Assembly: GCA_963799485.1 (NCBI GenBank)
Contig: CAWCXJ010000008.1
Coordinates: forward strand, 128,001 to 192,000
DNA from: an uncultured Trueperaceae bacterium
Lineage (GTDB): Bacteria; Deinococcota; Deinococci; Deinococcales; Trueperaceae
Length of the DNA stretch: 64,000 bases
Direction of reading: 5' to 3'
Shown piece after piece: positions 58,305 to 64,000 of the stretch (the first letter of the stretch is position 1; each line of letters opens with the position of its first letter). A program made the translations under genes and the position numbers. The notes under the pieces are model-generated. The model did no database searches, was not told where the DNA came from, and was given only the letters and a program-made list of their open reading frames with translations.

Positions 58305-61300
58305 GGTTCCTCCCGGCGTGGCAGGATAAAGGGTGTGTTTAGCGGTGCGGTCAGTCCCTGGTTGCTGCCGGGATAGCCGAGTGTCAGACTGATAACGCCG
58401 TTTGCGGTGTTGTAGGCCCCGTAAAGCGCCCAGCAGCAGCGGTCGAGGGTAAGGTAGATGATAGGTTGAAAGTTGTACGGTGTGGTGAAACTTCCTGGAC
58501 TGATGAAGTCCCAGGTATCGTTGAAAATGACCGAGGCGTAAAGGTCGTTCAAGACGCGCACGGTCGGGCCGAAGTCGGTAAACTGCAGCCTTTGGGTGGT
58601 GAGTGCGAATGCGCCGGCCTGCGCGGTATATTCGAGTGTCCCCTGAAGCCCCACCCGTGAAAAGAAATCGGTGGTGAGCTGCGCCGAGGCGTTACTCAGG
58701 TAGGTCAAGGGCTGCGCGCCGTCGGCAATTTCGAGCGTCGCATTGGCGTTTATACCGAAGCCGAGCGGCCCCAGCGGGGTACCGAAAAAGGTCGGCTCGA
58801 GGTTGACACGTCCGGTCAGGCTGGTATCGCTAAACCCCGGATTAGCGACCTCGCCGAAGCCCAGCGGCCCGTAGGTCGTCACGTAGATTAGCTCGTAGAG
58901 TTTGGTATTGCCCTCGCGAGTTTGGTCGAGCAGGCTGAGTTGGTACGTCACCGGGTCTTCCGGGTCTAGCTCGAGGCCGATAACTTCAGGCGGGAGCGGC
59001 GTAAAGCCCGAGGCGCTCAGCTGCACGACGTTAGGATACGTAACCGAGAAAAGCGTGTCGCTGGCGTCCCGGATGTCGAAGTCGAAACTCTGCGCGGCGC
59101 TCAGCTCGAGCGGCCCGAGCCGCCCCCTCAGGTCGTAACTTACCGCGTTCATCCGGTTGATGTTCAGGTCGCGGTCGAAACTCAGGGTCAGGCTGGGCAC
59201 GGTGTCTGCTTGGCTTTCGGTCCCGGCGGTGAGGCTCACAGTAAGCGGTTTGTACAGCGCTACCCCTTTGGTTTCGGTGCCGGGTAGGAGCGTGCTGCCG
59301 TCGTAGTAGCCGCCGTTGAAATTGCCGCCGTAAAAGTCGCTGTAGTCGCCGCCGAAGGTAGCGCTGTAGGGACGACCGTTAAAATCGTACCCGACGTTTA
59401 CGCCCAGCGTCGCGTAGGCTGTGTAGCCAAAACGCGCCTCGAGGTCGATTTCGGATTCGTTGATGGTTGCGCCCGTGCCGGTAATCGGGTTGGTCGTTTG
59501 GTTGAGGTCGTACACCCCGCTCAGCTGCAGGCTACTCGTCCAGACCGGGTTCGGTGAGGTAAAACCGACGGTCGCGCCGAGGAGCCCGAGGTCGTTTTTT
59601 TCGATATTGTAGGCCTCCTCGAGCGTGACGCTCAGCCAGTCGAGGTTGTTAAACAGCTCGGCGCGGGTCTCGAGCGGCCCGGCCTCCTGTCCATTTGACC
59701 CCACCGTGCCGAAGTCATAGTTGCGGTCGTCTTGAAACACATAGGTCTCGCTGACGCTGAGGTCGAGCCAGGGCGCGGGGGAGAGCGCCAGCTCGCCGCT
59801 CAGCGCGGTGCGGCTGTTCGGCGTGGTGCGGGCGTCGAAGGCGAAGGGCGACTCGCCCTCCAAAATGACGCGGCTGAAATCGAGCCCGAAACTGCCGCCC
59901 GTAAACGTCTGGTCGGCGCTCAGGGTGGTCGTCCAGTCCACCAGGCGCTCGAATTCACCGTTTGGATTCGTGGTGGTGTAAAGCTGCCCGGTGTAGGAGG
60001 TGCTGCCGGCGATGCTCGAGCCCGGAAACGGTGAGAGGGTCTCGAGGGTGATGGTATGCCGCTCCAGGAGCCGCCCACCCCGGATGATGAGGTTGCCGTT
60101 GCCCAGGGTCAAGGTGGACTTCTGCGCGCTGGGGTTGCTGGGGTTCGTGTAATCTTCGTATACGCCCGCTGTGACCAAAAAGTTCGAGAGCGTAAACGGC
60201 CCGACGCTAAAACTCAGGTCGTCTTGCGGGCTGAGCGTAACTTGTGCGTAGGTGCGGAGCGCCCCTTCGGGGTCATCGTAACTCGGTGAAAACGAGGCGT
60301 CGCCCAGGTCGAGGTCGAAATACGTCTGTGTGACGTAGCCGAAATCGAACCCGCCGTAAGAATCGCTTACCCGCGCTGTGAGGTTGATGATACGCGGGTT
60401 GGCCCCGTCGTCGCGCGCTAGCAGCAGGTTGGTCTGCAGCCCGGCGAGCGCCTCCTCGGTCGCGTAGCCAAAGCTGTAGGTATACTCTGCCGGCGTCCTT
60501 TCGGATCCGGCGTAGGCGGAACCCGGTAAGAAGGGCGGCGTGTAAAAGAACTGCGCCGTGCCGCGCCCCCGCTCGGTGTAAAAGCGGTGGTCGAAGCCGC
60601 CGCCGAAATAGCTTTCGGTGACCGCACCGCCCAAAATCGTTTCCGCCGGGCCGCTACTCAGCCCCGGGGTCACGTCGGCGTAGTAGCGTAGCGAGGTCAT
60701 TCCAAAGGCGCTTGCACCGAAGACGTAAGGCCAGTCGAGGGCGACCTCGGCGCGCTCCGCCAGACTGCCCCGCGTCAGATTAAAACGCGGACGGCGGTCT
60801 TCCGGGCCGAGCGGGACGACCAGTAGCGGCAGAAAAAAGCTCGGTAAATCGCGCAAATACACCGTTACGTTGAACGCGACCAAACGGTCGCCGGGATAAA
60901 AGTTCATCCGTTCGGCGCTGAAGCGGTAATCTTGCACCTTGCTCTGGCAGCGGTTACAGGGGCCGAACTGCGCTGAACTGATATCGATCTGTCCGGGTTG
61001 CCGGGTTGCCGAAACGCCTTCGATGTCGAGCGGTTCAGTAAAGATGAACACGTCTTGAAACCCGAGTTCGCCGCTGCCCAGGTCGAGGATATAGTCCTCG
61101 CCTGTAGTCGTTACGTTGTCGTAGGAGACGTTGCCCGGCCCGACGATCCGTAAAATCCGGCTTTTACGGTCGAATTCGACGTATTCGGCGATGATAGTGT
61201 CGCCGTCGACCGTAAGCCTGACTGGAGAACCCGTAATCACGATTAGTTCGGTGGTGTCGCCGCCGGGTAGGGTGATGGGGCGGCGCTCGAGGCGGTCGGC

Positions 61301-61393
61301 AGACAGGACTTTAACTTCAACCGCTTGTGACACGCCGATCAGGGCCAGCAGCAGGGCGAACAGTAGCGTGCGCCCGCTCATCAGCGCCGCCAC
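58301..61393 (-). CDS. LptD-like outer-membrane beta-barrel protein
   Basis: signal peptide, OstA-like N-domain with CxxC, beta-strand-rich body, in operon with lptF/lptG. Confidence 0.7.
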   Translation of the reverse strand: MAALMSGRTLLFALLLALIGVSQAVEVKVLSADRLERRPITLPGGDTTELIVITGSPVRLTVDGDTIIAEYVEFDRKSRILRIVGPGNVSYDNVTTTGEDYILDLGSGELGFQDVFIFTEPLDIEGVSATRQPGQIDISSAQFGPCNRCQSKVQDYRFSAERMNFYPGDRLVAFNVTVYLRDLPSFFLPLLVVPLGPEDRRPRFNLTRGSLAERAEVALDWPYVFGASAFGMTSLRYYADVTPGLSSGPAETILGGAVTESYFGGGFDHRFYTERGRGTAQFFYTPPFLPGSAYAGSERTPAEYTYSFGYATEEALAGLQTNLLLARDDGANPRIINLTARVSDSYGGFDFGYVTQTYFDLDLGDASFSPSYDDPEGALRTYAQVTLSPQDDLSFSVGPFTLSNFLVTAGVYEDYTNPSNPSAQKSTLTLGNGNLIIRGGRLLERHTITLETLSPFPGSSIAGSTSYTGQLYTTTNPNGEFERLVDWTTTLSADQTFTGGSFGLDFSRVILEGESPFAFDARTTPNSRTALSGELALSPAPWLDLSVSETYVFQDDRNYDFGTVGSNGQEAGPLETRAELFNNLDWLSVTLEEAYNIEKNDLGLLGATVGFTSPNPVWTSSLQLSGVYDLNQTTNPITGTGATINESEIDLEARFGYTAYATLGVNVGYDFNGRPYSATFGGDYSDFYGGNFNGGYYDGSTLLPGTETKGVALYKPLTVSLTAGTESQADTVPSLTLSFDRDLNINRMNAVSYDLRGRLGPLELSAAQSFDFDIRDASDTLFSVTYPNVVQLSASGFTPLPPEVIGLELDPEDPVTYQLSLLDQTREGNTKLYELIYVTTYGPLGFGEVANPGFSDTSLTGRVNLEPTFFGTPLGPLGFGINANATLEIADGAQPLTYLSNASAQLTTDFFSRVGLQGTLEYTAQAGAFALTTQRLQFTDFGPTVRVLNDLYASVIFNDTWDFISPGSFTTPYNFQPIIYLTLDRCCWALYGAYNTANGVISLTLGYPGSNQGLTAPLNTPFILPRREEP

Positions 61394-62463
61394 GACAACC
61401 CGAACAAGACGAGCCCGGCCACCAGATAGAGCGCCACGGGTGCCCAGCCGCCGACGACCGCCGGAACCGCCCCCTGCGCGCCCAACAGGTTCGAGACGCT
61501 CGAGGTCGCGTAGTAGATGAAGGTCAAAAACAACACCGACACCAGCCCCAAACCGAAATTACGCCGGAAACTGTAAAGCCCGATGGCGAGCGCAAAGAGT
61601 GCAAAGGCGACCGCCGCGGCAGGTTCGGCAAATTTGCGGTGCAGCGCTGTCCACTCGGCGGGTGCGTCGGTGGGGTTGGTGCCGCGCAACCGGCTTAAGA
61701 GGTCGCTGAGGCGGAGCCTGGTGAGTTCGGGCGGCGTCCCGGAACTCGCCGACAGGCCGCGAAACGGTACGGTGGCACTTTCGGCGGGTGCGTCCAGCAC
61801 GACCCGCCCGTCGCGGTAACGGAGCAGCCGGATATTTTGCAACCGCCACACCCCCGCTTGCTGGTCTAAAACGCCGCGCCGGGCGCGGATGACCTCGCTC
61901 ACGCCCTGCGACCCGCTCGGCTGAATGACGGTGACGTCCTCGACTGCGCCGCCCGCACTGAGGCCGCCGACGTAGACGCTGCGCCCGAGCGCGTCGGTAA
62001 AAAAGCTGCCCTCTTCGACGATGACTTCGGGGCTCTGCACCAGGATGTCTGAGAGCGCCTCCTGCGCGCGGTCGTAACTCCACGGCGCGACGAGTTCGTT
62101 GTTGATAAAACTTACGGCGGCGACGCCTAGACCCAGCATCAGCATCGGCAGCAGGAATTGGCGGGGTGATACGCCCAAGAGGAGCGCCGCTTTAAGCTCG
62201 CTGTCTTGACTGAGCCGGGTGACGCCTAACAGGGCTGCGAAGAGGAGCGCGAGGGGCAAACCTACCGCCGCCGCCGACGGGATGCTGTAGAGCAGAAACT
62301 CGGCGACCAGACCCGGCCCGACGCCTCTGGAAATCGCCTGGGCCAGGACGCTGTTGCTGCCCACGACCAAAAAACTGCCGAGCAGCAAGATCAGGAGCGC
62401 CGTCAGACCCGCCGCGTAGAGCGGCAGGATTTCCCGGATGAGGTAGCGCGAAAACCGCCGCAC
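61381..62463 (-). CDS. LptF/LptG-family permease
   Basis: RYLIREIL, RLSQDSELKAA, HRKFAEP, GWAP. Confidence 0.9.
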   Translation of the reverse strand: MRRFSRYLIREILPLYAAGLTALLILLLGSFLVVGSNSVLAQAISRGVGPGLVAEFLLYSIPSAAAVGLPLALLFAALLGVTRLSQDSELKAALLLGVSPRQFLLPMLMLGLGVAAVSFINNELVAPWSYDRAQEALSDILVQSPEVIVEEGSFFTDALGRSVYVGGLSAGGAVEDVTVIQPSGSQGVSEVIRARRGVLDQQAGVWRLQNIRLLRYRDGRVVLDAPAESATVPFRGLSASSGTPPELTRLRLSDLLSRLRGTNPTDAPAEWTALHRKFAEPAAAVAFALFALAIGLYSFRRNFGLGLVSVLFLTFIYYATSSVSNLLGAQGAVPAVVGGWAPVALYLVAGLVLFGLSWRR

Positions 62464-63524
62464 TAGCGCAACCTCACGAACGCGAGCACTGCCCCGACCG
62501 CGCCGACGACCGCGCTCGTAAACCACGCCGCGACGACCGGCGACAACACGCCCTGTTCGAAAAAACTCTCAGACAGCGTCCAGAGGGCAAAAAAACATAC
62601 CAGCAGGACGATTGTCCAACCGAACCCGGCGGCGCGTCCGCGCAGCGTCAGGCCCAATGCTCCGGCGATGAGGACGAAGATCAGGGCGCTCGAGGCGTCT
62701 GCCAGTCGCCGGTGAAAATCGAACACGTCTCCTGCGATATTCTGTCCGGCCCCCCGCGCCCTGCCGATCCGGGCGTACAGCTCACCCAGGGTGAGGTTGT
62801 CGGCGGCCCGGAGCGACTCGCCCGCGTCGGCCTCGAGATCAAAAGGCAGCGTCACCGACGCGCGTTGCCGGGGCGCAGCACCCCCCGGCGGCAAGACCTC
62901 GACCTCTTCGAGTCGCCAGGTCTTGGCTACACTGTCCCAAAGGCCGTAACGGGCGCTCCAGACCGTCCCGTCGTCGCCGTAAACCAGTGCCCCCGTTAGT
63001 TCGGCTCGAGTCCGGTCGAACGCGTCGGCGCGAATCCGGGCCGCGTGAAAAATCCCGCTGGCCTGCCTAAACGACACGTCGCGCTGCGTTTCGGCGGACG
63101 GGCGCGCGTTGTAAAAAGACGCCTCGAGTACCCCTTGCGCGATTTCCCCACGGGGCTCTAAGTAGCCGTTATTCAAGACCGCCACAGCGCTTACGAGCAG
63201 CCCGAACAGGAGGAGCGGCCCGAGCAGCGAAAGCGGTGAAATGCCCGAGGCGTAGGCGGCTTTAAGTTCGGAGTCTTTGGCGAGCCTGCCGGTTGCCAGC
63301 AGCACCGCAAAGACGGCGGCAATCGGCAGCGAGAGGTGCAGGAAAAAGGGCAGCCGGTAGAGCATGAGTTTAAGAATTGTAAAAACCGACGCGTTCTGCT
63401 CGATTAAAAAGCTCGCCCAGACGGTCAGCGTATCGACCGACAAGAGCAGGCAAAAAGCCGCGACTCCCAACAGGTAGAGCCCGCTCGTTTCACGTAAGAG
63501 GTAGGTTGAAAAGCGTTTCGGCAC
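62463..63524 (-). CDS. LptF/LptG-family permease
   Basis: RLAKDSELKAAYASGIS, HRRLA, PVVAAW. Confidence 0.9.
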   Translation of the reverse strand: MPKRFSTYLLRETSGLYLLGVAAFCLLLSVDTLTVWASFLIEQNASVFTILKLMLYRLPFFLHLSLPIAAVFAVLLATGRLAKDSELKAAYASGISPLSLLGPLLLFGLLVSAVAVLNNGYLEPRGEIAQGVLEASFYNARPSAETQRDVSFRQASGIFHAARIRADAFDRTRAELTGALVYGDDGTVWSARYGLWDSVAKTWRLEEVEVLPPGGAAPRQRASVTLPFDLEADAGESLRAADNLTLGELYARIGRARGAGQNIAGDVFDFHRRLADASSALIFVLIAGALGLTLRGRAAGFGWTIVLLVCFFALWTLSESFFEQGVLSPVVAAWFTSAVVGAVGAVLAFVRLR

Positions 63525-63757
63525 CGCCCGAGTCTACCAAAGGGAGCGTGAGAATCAGGGTGCAGCTGAGGTCTGGTCGGTTTCAAGCTGCTCTGGTTCG
63601 TTTTAGCGTGCCGGTTGCGTGCAACTCTTGTTTTGCCTGTTTTGCCGGGTTTCTGGCTGACCGTACCGCCTTTTAGCGTGAGCCGCAAAGTTCGGCGCTA
63701 AAAATCTTGGGCCTACCGACTGCTCGAGTAAACCAAGGTGATGAGTAAACTAAGGTG

Positions 63758-64000
63758 ATGAACGTTCACCTCATCGCGGTTCAGGCCCAGCTGCGGCTAT
63801 CCAACTACCGGAGCCCGGAGGCGTTTGCGGCGTGGGTCTTAGAGCTTTCAGAGCGGGCAGTCGCCGGTCTGGACGACGCGCCCAAACTGCTGGCGTTTCC
63901 CGAAACGGTCGGGTTGCCGCTTTTGTTGACGCTGGGGCGTTACGCCGACGTGTCGCGCCGTACACAGCTTACAGGCGCGGCGCTGAGCGGTTTACGGCAG
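63758..64000 (+). CDS. carbon-nitrogen hydrolase/nitrilase family protein (3'-partial)
   Basis: MNVHLIAVQ..KLLAFPE; leaderless TAAACT-N6-ATG; open to window end. Confidence 0.75.
   Translation, partial: MNVHLIAVQAQLRLSNYRSPEAFAAWVLELSERAVAGLDDAPKLLAFPETVGLPLLLTLGRYADVSRRTQLTGAALSGLRQ

Overview
Chromosomal window from a high-GC bacterium, most likely Deinococcota (Truepera-like). This is inferred from the many leaderless TANNNT promoters, the gene set and a desiccation-type ferritin-like protein. It is mostly housekeeping and metabolic genes: nrdR, accD-accA, opp ABC operon, tRNA-Leu-secG, dus, recJ, chorismate mutase/DAHP synthase, tatAC, TRAP transporter, RluA-family synthase, plsX, MscS and lptF/lptG/lptD-like genes. 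There are two accessory patches. One follows tRNA-Arg(CCT): a lipoprotein subtilase with three identical RSRTWAGG peptides, divergent from a TPR/HD-GYP/GGDEF protein. The other is an AT-rich astacin + fasciclin-like pair whose signal peptides are out of frame; the astacin frame depends on a 17-bp tandem repeat. The strongest non-coding signal is a promoter architecture, GTHAG-N6-GTHAG-N11-TANNNT. It occurs with exact spacing before the subtilase, the TPR c-di-GMP enzyme, a membrane diguanylate cyclase and an unannotated ~72-nt sRNA, suggesting an undescribed peptide/c-di-GMP regulon. Also seen: strong CTCGAG over-representation, a candidate structured ncRNA at ~21.3-21.45 kb and several pseudogenes. 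No CRISPR array, rRNA, transposase or integrase was found. All calls are by eye, without database searches.
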